This document shows, one piece after another, positions 23,201 through 35,200 of a DNA stretch of 64,000 nt (the first letter of the stretch is position 1; the number at the start of each line of letters is the position of its first letter). The position numbers and the translations under genes were made by a program. Origin of the DNA: Cyanophora paradoxa CCMP329. Lineage: Eukaryota > Plantae > Glaucophyta. The stretch is from contig QPMI01000494.1 of assembly GCA_004431415.1 (NCBI GenBank), positions 62,001 through 126,000 of the forward strand, given 5' to 3'. The notes below the pieces were generated by a model. That model was not told where the DNA came from. It saw nothing but the letters and a program-made list of their open reading frames with translations, and ran no database searches.

Positions 23201-26200
23201 GGGGTGGAGATCTTAAGCTTCAGCCGACCCTGCATTCAGTGCAACTGCAGTTGCCAAGCTGCAATATATTTATATCGTTGGAGCGTCGGCCGTCCCTGTG
23301 TCGCAATCAGCAGCCGTCTGCACGGATCGGATTCCTTATTCACGTGGCTTGGGTTCGGAAGTGAGAGCGTCAGCCGACCCTGCATTTAGTGCACTTGCAA
23401 TCGTAATAGTATTGGCGGAGCTCCCGGCGTTGCTGCGTCGCGATCGACGGCCGGCTGCGCGGATCGTATTCTTAACTCTTGTGGCTCGGGTTCAGAAATG
23501 CGAGCTTCGGCCGACCCTGCATTTAAAGCACATGCAATTGCAATATTAATCGTCGGAGCTTCTGGCGTCCCCACTTTGCGATCGGCGGCCGGCTGCAATG
23601 ATCTAATCTTTAATTTCAGTCGCTTGAGCTGGGGGTGGAGATCTTAAGCTTCAGCCGACCCTGCATTCAGTGCAACTGCAGTTGCCAAGCTGCAATATAT
23701 TTAAATCGTTGGAGCGTCGGCCGTCCCTGTGTCGCAATCAGCAGCCGGCTGCACGGATCGGATTCCTTATTCAAGTGGCTTGGGTTCGGAAGTGAGAGCG
23801 TCAGCCGACCCTGCATTCGAGCATCGGTTGTCCCTGCGTCGCGATCAACGGCCGGCTGCGCGGATCGGTTTCTACAAAATAGTGGCTCGGGTTCGGGAAT
23901 GCGAGCTTCAGCCGACCTTGCATTTAGAGCACATGCAATTGCAATATAGATCGTTCGAGCATCGGCCGTCCCTGCGTCGCGATCGGCGGCATTTGCAATA
24001 TTAATCGTCGGAGCTCCTGGCGTCCCCACTTTGCGATCGGCGACCGGCTGCAATGATCTAATCTTTAATTACAGTTGCTTGAGCTGGGGTGGAGAGCTTA
24101 AGCTTCAGCCGACCCTGCATTCAGTGCAACTGCAGTTGCCAAGCTGCAATATATTTATATCGTTGGAGCGTCGGCCGTCCCTGTGTCGCAATCAGCAGCC
24201 GGCTGCACGGATCGGATTCCTTATTCAAGTGGCTTGGGTTCGGAAGTGAGAGCGTCAGCCGACCCTGCATTTAGTGCACTTGCAATCGTAATAGTATTGG
24301 CGGAGCTCCGGCGTTGCTGCGTCGCGATCGACGGCCGGCTGCGCGGATCGTATTCTTAACTCTTGTGGCTCGGGTTCAGAAATGAGAGCTTCGGCCGACC
24401 CTGCATTTAAAGCACATGCAATTGCAATATTAATCGTCGGAGCTTCTGGCGTCCCACTTTGCGATCGGCGGCCGGCTGCAATGATCTAATCTTTAATTTC
24501 AGTCGCTTGAGTTGGGGGTGGAGATCTTAAGCTTCAGCCGACCCTGCATTCAGTGCAACTGCAGTTGCCAAGTTGCAATATATTTATATCGTTGGAGCGT
24601 CGGCCGTCCCTGTGTCGCAATCAGCAGCCGGCTGCACGGTTCGGATTCTTAATTCAAGTGGCTTGGGTTCGGAAGTGAGAGCGTCAGCCGACCCTGCATT
24701 TAGTGCACTTGCAATCGTAATATTATTGGCGGAGCTCCCGGCTTTGCTGCAGCTGCGTCGCGATCGACGGCCGGCTGCGCGGATCGATCTCTTAATTCTA
24801 GGGGCTCGTGATCGAAATTGAGAGCTTAAGTTGATTCGGCATTGAGTGTACTTGCAATGATTTTATCAATCGTCCGAGCGTCGGCTGTGCCAGTATCGAC
24901 GTCGCGATCGACGGCCGGCTGCGCGGATCGGATTCTAAATAATAGTGGCTCGGGTTCGGGAATGAGAGCTTCAGCCGGCCTTGCATTTAGAGCACAAGCA
25001 ATTGTCATATAACTCGTTGGGTCGTCTGCTGTCCCCATGTCGCGATCGACGGCCGGCTGCGCGGATCGAATTCTACAAAATAGTGGCTCGGGTTCGGGAA
25101 TGCGAGCTTCGGCTGACCCTGCATTTAAAGCACATGCAATTGCAATATTAATCGTCGGAGCTCCTGGCGTCCCCACTTTGCGATCGGCGGCTGGCTGCAA
25201 TGATCTAATCTTTAATTACAGTTGCTTGAGTTGGGGGTGGAGATCTTAAGCTTCAGCCGACCCTGCATTCAGTGCTACTGCAGTGGCCAAGCTGCAATAT
25301 ATTTATATCGTTTGAGCGTCGGCCGTCCCTGTGTCGCAATCAGCAGCCGGCTGCACGGATCGGATTCCTTATTCAAGTGGCTTGGGTTCGGAAGTGAGAG
25401 CGTCAGCCGACCCTGCATTTAGTGCACTTGCAATCGTAATATTATTGGCGGAGCTCCCGGCGTTGCTGCGTCGCGATCGACGGCCGGCTGCGCGGATCGT
25501 ATTCTTAACTCTTGTGGCTCGGGTTCAGAAATGAGAGCTTCGGCCGACCCTGCATTTAAAGCACATGCAATTGCAATATTAATCGTCGGAGCTCCTGGCG
25601 TCCCCACGTTGCGATCGGCGGCCGGCTGCAATGATCTAATCTTTAATTTCAGTCGCTTGAGTTGGGGGTGGAGATCTTAAGCTTCAGCCGACCCTGCATT
25701 CAGTGCAACTGCAGTTGCCAAGCTGCAATATATTTATATCGTTGGAGCGTCGGCCGTCCCTGTGTCGCAATCAGCAGCCGGCTGCACGGATCGGATTCCT
25801 TATTCAAGTGGCTTGGGTTCGGAAGTGAGAGCGTCAGCCGACCCTGCATTTAGTGCACTTGCAATCGTAATATTATTGGCGGAGCTCCCGGCGTTGCTGC
25901 GTCGCGTTTGGCGGCCGGCTGCGCGGATCGTATTCTTAACTCTTGTGGCTCGAGTTCGGGAATGCGAGCTTCGGCTGACCCTGCATTTTAAGCACATGCA
26001 ATTGCAATATTAATCGTCGGAGCTCCTGGCGTCCCCACTTTGCGATCGGCGGCTGGCTGCAATGATCTAATCTTTAATTACAGTTGCTTGAGTTGGGGGT
26101 GGAGATCTTGAGCTTCAGCCGACCCTGCATTCAGTGCAACTGCAGTTGCCAAGCTGCAATATATTTATATCGTTGGAGCGTCGGCCGTCCCTGTGTCGCA

Positions 26201-29200
26201 ATCAGCAGCCGGCTGCACGGATCGGATTCCTTATTCACGTGGCTTGGGTTCGGAAGTGAGAGCTCGAGCGTCAGCCGACCCTGCATTTAGTGCACTTGCA
26301 ATCGTAATAGTATTGGCGGAGCTCCCGGCGTTGCTGCGTCGCGATCGACGGCCGGCTGCGCGGATCGTATTCTTAACTCTTGTGGCTCGGGTTCAGAAAT
26401 GCGAGCTTCGGCCGACCCTGCATTTAAAGCACATGCAATTGCAATATTAATCGTCGGAGCTTCTGGCGTCCCCACTTTGCGATCGGCGGCCGGCTGCAAT
26501 GATCTAATCTTTAATTACAGTCGCTTGAGTTGGGGGTGGAGATCTTAAGCTTCAGCCGACCCTGCATTCAGTGCAACTGCAGTTGCCAAGTTGCAATATA
26601 TTTATATCGTTGGAGCGTCGGCCGTCCCTGTGTCGCAATCAGCAGCCGGCTGCACGGATCGGATTCTTAATTCAAGTGGCTTGGGTTCGGAAGTGAGAGC
26701 GTCAGCCGACCCTGCATTTAGTGCACTTGCAATCGTAATAGTATTGGCGGAGCTCCCGGCGTTGCTGCGTCGCGATCGACGACCGTCTGCGCGGATCGGA
26801 TTCTTAATTCTAGGGGCTCGTGTTCGAAATTGGGAGCTTCAGCTGCTTCGGCATTGAGTGTACTTGCAATGATTTTATTAATCGTCGGAGCGTCGGCTGT
26901 GCCAGCGGCGACGTCGCGATCGACGGTTGGCTGCGCGGATCGAAATCTAAATAATAGTTGCTCGGGTTCGGGAATGAGAGCTTCAGCCGGCCTTGCATTT
27001 AGAGCACATGCAATTTCAATATAACTCGTTCGGTCGTCTGCTGTCCCCATGTCGCGATCGGCGGCCGGCTGCGCGGATCGGATTCTTAACTCTTGTGGCT
27101 CGGGTTCAGAAATGAGTGCTTCGGCCGACCCTGCATTTAAAGCACATGCAATTGCAATATTAATCGTCGGAGCTCCTGGCGTCCCCACTTTGCGATCGGC
27201 GGCTGGCTGCAATGATCTAATCTTTAATTACAGTTGCTTGAGTTGGGGTGGAGATCTTGAGCTTCAGCCGACCCAGCATTCAGTGCAACTGCAGTTGCCA
27301 AGCTGCAATACAAATCGTTGGAGCGTCGGCCGTCCCTGTGTCGCAATCAGCAGCCGGCTGCACGGATCGGATTCTTTATTCACGTGGCTTGGGTTCGGAA
27401 GTGAGAGCGTCAGCCGACCCTGCGCATGCATTTTGTGCACTTGCAATCGTAATATTATTGGCGGAGCTCCCGTCGTTGCTGCGTCGCGATCGACGGCCGG
27501 CTGCGCGGATCGGATTCTTAATTCTAGGGGCTCATGTTCGAAATTGAGAGCTTCAGCTGATTCGGCATTGAGTGCACTTGCAATGGTTTTATCAATCGTC
27601 GGAGCGTCGGCCGTCCCTGTGTCGCAATCAGCATCCGGCTGCACGGATCGGATTCTTTATTCAAGTGGATCGAGTTCGGGAATGCGAGCTTCAGCCGACC
27701 TTGCATTTAGAGCACATCATGGCATGCATTTGCAATATAGATCGTTCGAGCATCGGCCGTCCCTGTGTCGCGATCGGCGGAATTTGCAATATTAATTGTC
27801 GGAGCTCCTGGCGTCCCCACTTTGCGATCGGCGGCTGGCTGCAATGATCTAATCTTTAATTACAGTTGCTTGAGTTGGGGGTGGAGATCTTAAGCTTCAG
27901 CCGACCCTGCATTCAGTGCAACTGCAGTTGCCAAGCTGCAATATATTTAAATCGTTGGAGCGTCGGCCGTCCCTGTGTCGCAATCAGCAGCCGGCTGCAC
28001 GGATCGGATTCCTTATTCAAGTGGCTTGGGTTCGGAAGTGAGAGCGTCAGCCGACCCTGCATTCGAGCATCGGTTGTCCCTGCGTCGCGATCAACGGCCG
28101 GCTGCGCGGATCGGTTTCTACAAAATAGTGGCTCGGGTTCGGGAATGCGAGCTTCAGCCGACCTTGCATTTAGAGCACATGCAATTGCAATATAGATCGT
28201 TCGAGCATCGGCCGTCCCTGCGGCGCGATCGGCGGCATTTGCAATATTAATCGTCGGAGCTCCTGGCGTCCCCACTTTGCGATCGGCGGCCGGCTGCAAT
28301 GATCTAATCTTTAATTACAGTCGCTTGAGTTGGGGGTGGAGATCTTAAGCTTCAGCCGACCCTGCATTCAGTGCAACTGCAGTTGCCAAGTTGCAATATA
28401 TTTAAATCGTTGGAGCGTCGGCCGTCCCTGTGTCGCAATCAGCAGCCGGCTGCACGGATCGCATTCCTTATTCAAGTGGCTTGGGTTCGGAAGTGAGAGC
28501 GTCAGCCGACCCTGCATTTAGTGCACTTGCAATCGTAATATTATTGGCGGAGCTCCCGGCGTTGCTGCGTCGCGATCGACGGCCGGCTGCGCGGATCGTA
28601 TTCGTAACTCTTGTGGCTCGGGTTCAGAAATGAGTGCTTCGGCCGACCCTGCATTTAAAGCACATGCAATTGCAATACTAGGGGCCCGGCCGCGATTCTT
28701 GCGCCGGGGGTGCAAGGGGGGAACCGGGATCTAATGAAAGAGTCGTAGTGGCACGCACATGCACGGGGCAGATCTAGATCGACCCCGGCCCGGCGCGCGC
28801 GGCAGGTTGAAGTGTAAAGATAGACACAGAAAAGGCCCATTAAGCAGACGCTGCGATCAAACCGAATAAAGAAAAGGCTCAATGAAAGGCCAGATTCAGC
28901 GCACTGTATAAGAAAGATTGTTCTGGAGCGAGAAAACGCTGCGCATCAACTGTGTTCGCACGGCCTACCTACGGCAGGTTGATATGATTATAAAAAATAG
29001 AAAAGGCCATTAAGCAGACGCTGCGATCAAACCGAATAAAGAAAAGGCTCAATGGAAGGCCAGATTCAGCGCACTGTATAAGAAAGATTGTTCTGGAGCG
29101 AGAAAACGCTGCGCATCAACTGTGTTCGCACGGCCTACCGCTAACCCTGAACAGCTGGCTAAAAGATGATGGTGCTGTCTGCAGAGGGCTCGCCGTAAAC

Positions 29201-32200
29201 ATATGCGATCCAGGCCTTCTGGAGGGGTCGGGCGGAAGTCGGCCATGGGGGTGAGCGGCAGCCAGCGGCGCCGGTCCTGAAGACTAACGACAGGGTACCG
29301 CCAGAGGAAGAGGTGACGATAAGCCTGTGGGAGGGCTTCTGTGGTCTTCAGCTGCGGCGACCTGTGTATGCAATATAATTTCAGAAAGCTGAACGCCAAC
29401 TGAAGACTGGGCACGCACTGCTGAATTGGAAGTGCCCTGCGTGGCGGCGAATACGTGCGTTAGGAGCTGCGTTTTTGCCAGCGCGCGACTCGATCGAAAC
29501 TGCACGAACTCGAGCGCTGCGACTGTGCTGCCGGACATGACGAAACAAGTTCTGGCGCCAGCAGAAGTGTTCACGGGCTCCGTCCGCACAATGTAAGCAA
29601 ATTCCGCCGTTGCATGATGACGACACCGTGCAGCCTGCGCGCATGCGCCACCCGCCACGAAGTCCCGCCCCGGGACGACGTCTCCGGGCACAGAAGCGGC
29701 TGCAGCTCGCCGTCCCACAGCAGCAGACTCACGCGCGTAATTTAATTTGGCGTATTCGAAGCTACTACCGGGCATAAAGCTGCTGGCTTGGGGCTTGGGG
29801 CGGCGAAACCGAGAAGCCGAGCAGCGGATCCGGCTTCTCCCCCGGCCCGGCCGGCGTGCTCGGCTGCGGGCAGCGGCCGCGGCGCACGCGGTTCTGCGGT
29901 ATAAGCTCGATTTCGGAGACGTGCTGAGCGCAGCAAGAGAGCACCGTCTAGATCTGCACGGCCGGGCGTGCTCGGCTGCAATCAGCGGCGCAGCTAGGCA
30001 CCGTATGCAGTCAAAAGTAGTCCAGGCGGCACGGGTACCGTGCGGCGTACGCGGCGCAGTGCGAGGAAGCCGAAATCTAGAGGAGACAGCTAGGGAGAAC
30101 TGGTTCCATGCATAACCGCGCAAGAAATTCGAAGACCGGAGTGAGGAGAAGTTCGTTTTCCCCTCGAAAACCACTTTTCCCCCTCGATTTTGACGCTCGA
30201 AAGTCGAAAGCTGACCGGTCCACCGAGCCAATCGGATCGCGAATAAAGCATCATTTGTTTCTGGTGTTGCATACTGGACCTCGAAAACGGCCTCATAGAA
30301 AACTTTTGGCTGAAGCGAGGGAACGGGAAGCCAGGGGGGGAAGACCTTCGGTCTTCTTTCCCCCCTTGCAATTAATCGTCGGAGCTTCTGGCGTCCCCAC
30401 TTTGCGATCGGCGGCCGGCTGCAATGATCTAATCTTTAATTACAGTCGCTTGAGTTGGGGGTGGAGATCTTAAGCTTCAGCCGACCCTGCATTCAGTGCA
30501 ACTGCAGTTGCCAAGTTGCAATATATTTAAATCGTTGGAGCGTCGGCCGTCCCTGTGTCGCAATCAGCAGCCGGCTGCACGGTTCGGATTCTTAATTCAA
30601 GTGGCTTGGGTTCGGAAGTGAGAGCGTCAGCCGACCCTGCATTTAGTGCACTTGCAATCGTAATATTATTGGCGGAGCTCCCGGCGTTGCTGCGGCGCGA
30701 TTACGGCCGGCTGCGCGGATCGATCTCTTAATTCTAGGGGCTCGTGTTCGAAATTGGGAGCTTCAGCTGCTTCGGCATTGAGTGTACTTGCAATGATTTA
30801 ATCAATCGTCGGAGCGTCAGCTGTGCCAGCATCTACGTCGCGATCGACGGTTGGCTGCGCGGATCGAAATCTAAATAATAGTGGCTCGGGTTCGGGAATG
30901 AGAGCTTCAGCCGGCCTTGCATTTAGAGCACATACAATTGCAATATAAGTCGTTGGGTCGTCTGCTGTCCCCATGTAACGATCGGCGGCCGGCTGCGCGG
31001 ATCGGATTCTTAACTCTTGTGGCTCGGGTTCAGAAATGAGTGCTTCGGCCGACCCTGCATTTAAAGCACATGCAATTGCAATATTAATCGTCGGAGCTCC
31101 TGGCGTCCCCACTTTGCGATCGGCGGCTGGCTGCAATGATCTAATCTTTAATTACAGTCGCTTGAGTTGGGGGTGGAGATCTTAAGCTTCAGCCGACCCT
31201 GCATTCAGTGCAACTGCAGTTGCCAAGCTGCAATATATTTATATCGTTGGAGCGTCGGCCGTCCCTGTGTCGCAATCAGCAGCCGGCTGCGCGGATCGCA
31301 TTCCTTATTCAAGTGGCTTGGGTTCGGAAGTGAGAGCGTCAGCCGACCCTGCATTTAGTGCACTTGCAATCGTAATATTATTGGCGGAGCTCCCGGCGTT
31401 GCTGCGTCGCGATCGACGACCGGCTGCGCGGATCGGATTCTTAATTCTAGGGGCTCGTGTTCGAAATTTAGAGCTTCAGCTGATTCGGCATTGAGTGTAC
31501 TTGCAATGATTTTATCAATCGTCGGAGCGTCGGCCGTCCCTGTGTCGCAATCAGCATCCGGCTGCACGGATCGGATTCTTTATTCAAGTGGATCGAGTTC
31601 GGGAATGAGAGCTTCAGCCGACCTTGCATTTAGAGCACATCATGGCATGCATTTGCAATATAGATCGTTCGAGCATCGGCCGTCCCTGCGTCGCGATCGG
31701 CGGCATTTGCAATATTAATTGTCGGAGCTTCTGGCGTCCCCACTTTGCGATCGGCGGCCGGCTGCAATGATCTAATCTTTAATTACAGTCGCTTGAGTTG
31801 GGGGTGGAGATCTTAAGCTTCAGCCGACCCTGCATTCAGTGCAACTGCAGTTGCCAAGTTGCAATACAAATCGTTGGAGCGTCGGCCGTCCCTGTGTCGC
31901 AATCAGCAGCCGGCTGCACGGATCGGATTCTTAATTCAAGTGGCTTGGGTTCGGAAGTGAGAGCGTCAGCCGACCCTGCATTTAGTGCACTTGCAATCGT
32001 TATATTATTGGCGGAGCTCCCGGCGTTGCTGCGGCGCGATTACGGCCGGCTGCGCGGATCGATCTCTTAATTCTAGGGGCTCGTGTTCGAAATTGGGAGC
32101 TTCAGCTGCTTCGGCATTGAGTGTACTTGCAATGATTTAATCAATCGTCGGAGCGTCAGCTGTGCCAGCATCTACGTCGCGATCGACGGTTGGCTGCGCG

Positions 32201-35200
32201 GATCGGATTATAAATAATAGTGGCTCGGGTTCGGGAATGAGAGCTTCAGCCGGCCTTGCATTTAGAGCACATGCAATTGCAATATAAGTCGTTGGGTCGT
32301 CTGCTGTCCCCATGTAACGATCGGCGGCCGGCTGCGCGGATCGGATTCTTAACTCTTGTGGCTCGGGTTTGGGAATGCGAGCTTCGGCCGACCCTGCATT
32401 TAAAGCACATGCAATTGCAATATTAATCGTCGGAGCTCCTGGCGTCCCCACTTTGCGATCGGCGGCCGGCTGCAATGATCTAATCTTTAATTACAGTTGC
32501 TTGAGTTGGGGTGGAGATCTTAAGCTTCAGCCGACCCTGCATTCTGTGCAACTTCAGTTGCCAAGCTGCAATATATTTAAATCGTTGGAGCGTCGGCCGT
32601 CCCTGTGTCGCAATCAGCAGCCGGCTGCACGGATCGGATTCTTAATTCAAGTGGCTTGGGTTCGGAAGTGAGAGCGTCAGCCGACCCTGCATTTAGTGCA
32701 CTTGCAATCGTAATATTATTGGCGGAGCTCCCGGCGTTGCTGCAGCTGCGTCGCGATCGACGGCCGGCTGCGCGGATCGATCTCTTAATTCTAGGGGCTC
32801 GTGATCGAAATTGAGAGCTTAAGCTGATTCGGCATTGAGTGTACTTGCAATGATTTTATCAATCGTCGGAGCGTCGGCTGTGCAAGCATCGACGTCGCGA
32901 TCGACGGCCGGCTGCGTGGATCGGATTCTTAATAATAGTGGCTCGGGTTCGGGAATGAGAGCTTCAGCCGACCTTGCATTAAGAGCACATGTACATGCAA
33001 TTGCATTATAAATCGTTCGAGCATCGGCCGTCCCTGCGTCGCGATCGGCGGCCGGCTGCGCGGATCGTATTCTACAAAATAGTGGCTCGGGTTCGGGAAT
33101 GCGAGCTTCGGCTGACCCTGCATTTAAAGCAGCCGGCTGCGCGGATCGAATTCTACAAAATAGTGGCTCGGGTTCGGGAATGCGAGCTTCGGCTGACCCT
33201 GCATTTAAAGCACATGCAATTGCAATATTAATCGTCGGAGCTCCTGGCGTCCCCACTTTGCGATCGGCGGCTGGCTGCAATGATCTAATCTTTAATTACA
33301 GTTGCTTGAGTTGGGGGTGGAGATCTTAAGCTTCAGCCGACCCTACATTCAGTGCAACTGCAGTTGCCAAGCTGCAATATATTTAAATCGTTGGAGCGTC
33401 GTCCGTCCCTGTGTCGCAATCAGCAGCCGGCTGCACGGATCGGATTCCTTATACAAGTGGCTTGGGTTCGGAAGTGAGAGCGTCAGCCGACCCTGCATTT
33501 AGTGCACTTGCAATCGTAATATTATTGGCGGAGCTCCCGGCGTTGATGCGTCGCGATCGACGACCGGCTGCGCGGATCGGATTCTTAACTCTTGTGGCTC
33601 GGGTTCGGGAATGCGAGCTTCGGCTGACCCTGCATTTAAAGCACATGCAATTGCAATATTAATCGTCGGAGCTCCTGGCGTCCCCACTTTGCGATCGGCG
33701 GCTGGCTGCAATGATCTAATCTTTAATTACAGTTGCTTGAGCTGGGGTGGAGATCTTAAGCTTCAGCCGACCCTGCATTCTGTGCAACTGCAGTTGCCAA
33801 GCTGCAATATATTTAAATCGTTGGAGCGTCGGCCGTCCCTGTGTCGCAATCAGCAGCCGGCTGCACGGATCGGATTCCTTATTCAAGTGGCTTGGGTTCG
33901 GAAGTGAGAGCGTCAGCCGACCCTGCATTTAGTGCACTTGCAATCGTAATATTATTGGCGGAGCTCCCGGCGTTGCTGCGTCGCGATCGACGGCCGGCTG
34001 CGCGGATCGATCTCTTAATTCTAGGGGCTCGTGTTCGTAATTGGGAGCTTCAGCCGCTTCGGCATTGAGTGTACTTGCAATGATTTAATCAATCGTCGGA
34101 GCGTCAGCTGTGCCAGCATCGACGTCGCGATCGACGGTTGGCTGCGCGGATCGGATTATAAATAATAGTGGCTCGGGTTCGAGAATGAGAGCTTCAGCCG
34201 GCCTTGCATTTAGAGCACATGCAATTGCAATATAAGTCGTTGGGGTGTCTGCTGTCCCCATGTTGCGATCGGCGGTCGGCTGCGCGGATCGGATTCTTAA
34301 CTCTTGTGGCTCGGGTTCAGAAATGCGTGCTTCGGCCGACCCTGCGTGTAAAGCACATGCAATTGCAATATTAATCGTCGGAGCTCCTGGCGTCCCCACT
34401 TTGCGATCGGCGGCTGGCTGCAATGATCTAATCTTTAATTACAGTTGCTTGAGCTGGGGTGGAGATCTTAAGCTTCAGCCGACCCTGCATTCTGTGCAAC
34501 TGCAGTTGCCAAGCTGCAATATATTTAAATCGTTGGAGCGTCGGCCGTCCCTGTGTCGCAATCAGCAGCCGGCTGCACGGATCGGATTCCTTATTCAAGT
34601 GGCTTGGGTTCGGAAGTGAGAGCGTCAGCCGACCCTGCATTTAGTGCACTTGCAATCGTAATATTATTGGCGGAGCTCCCGGCGTTGCTGCGTCGCGATC
34701 GACGACCGCCTGCGCGGATCGGATTCTTAACTCTTGTGGCTCGGGTTTGGGAATGCGAGCTTCGGCTGACCCTGCATTTTAAGCACATGCAATTGTTATA
34801 CTAATCGTCGGAGCTCCCGGCGTCCCCGCTTTGCGATCGGCGGCTGGCTGCAATGATCTAATCTTTAATTACAGTTGCTTGAGCTGGGGTGGAGATCTTA
34901 AGCTTCAGCCGACCCAGCATTCTGTGCAACTGCAGTTGCCAAGCTGCAATATAAATCGTTGGAGCGTCGGCCGTCCCTGTGTAGCAATCAGCAGCCGGCT
35001 GCACGGATCGGATTCCTTATTCAAGTGGCTTGGGTTCGGAAGTGAGAGCGTCAGCCGACCCTGCATTTAGTGCACTTGCAATCGTAATATTATTGGCGGA
35101 GCTCCCGGCGTTGCTGCGTCGCGATCGACGGCCGGCTGCGCGGATCGGATTCTTAATTCAAGGGGCTCGTGTTCGAAATTGAGAGCTTAAACGGATTCGG

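Noticed and set aside
29284-30231. 315-aa minus-strand ORF inside the Helitron-type insertion as RepHel or Fanzor
   Set aside because: No HUH, helicase, RuvC or zinc-finger motifs were recognisable, and the start is non-ATG.
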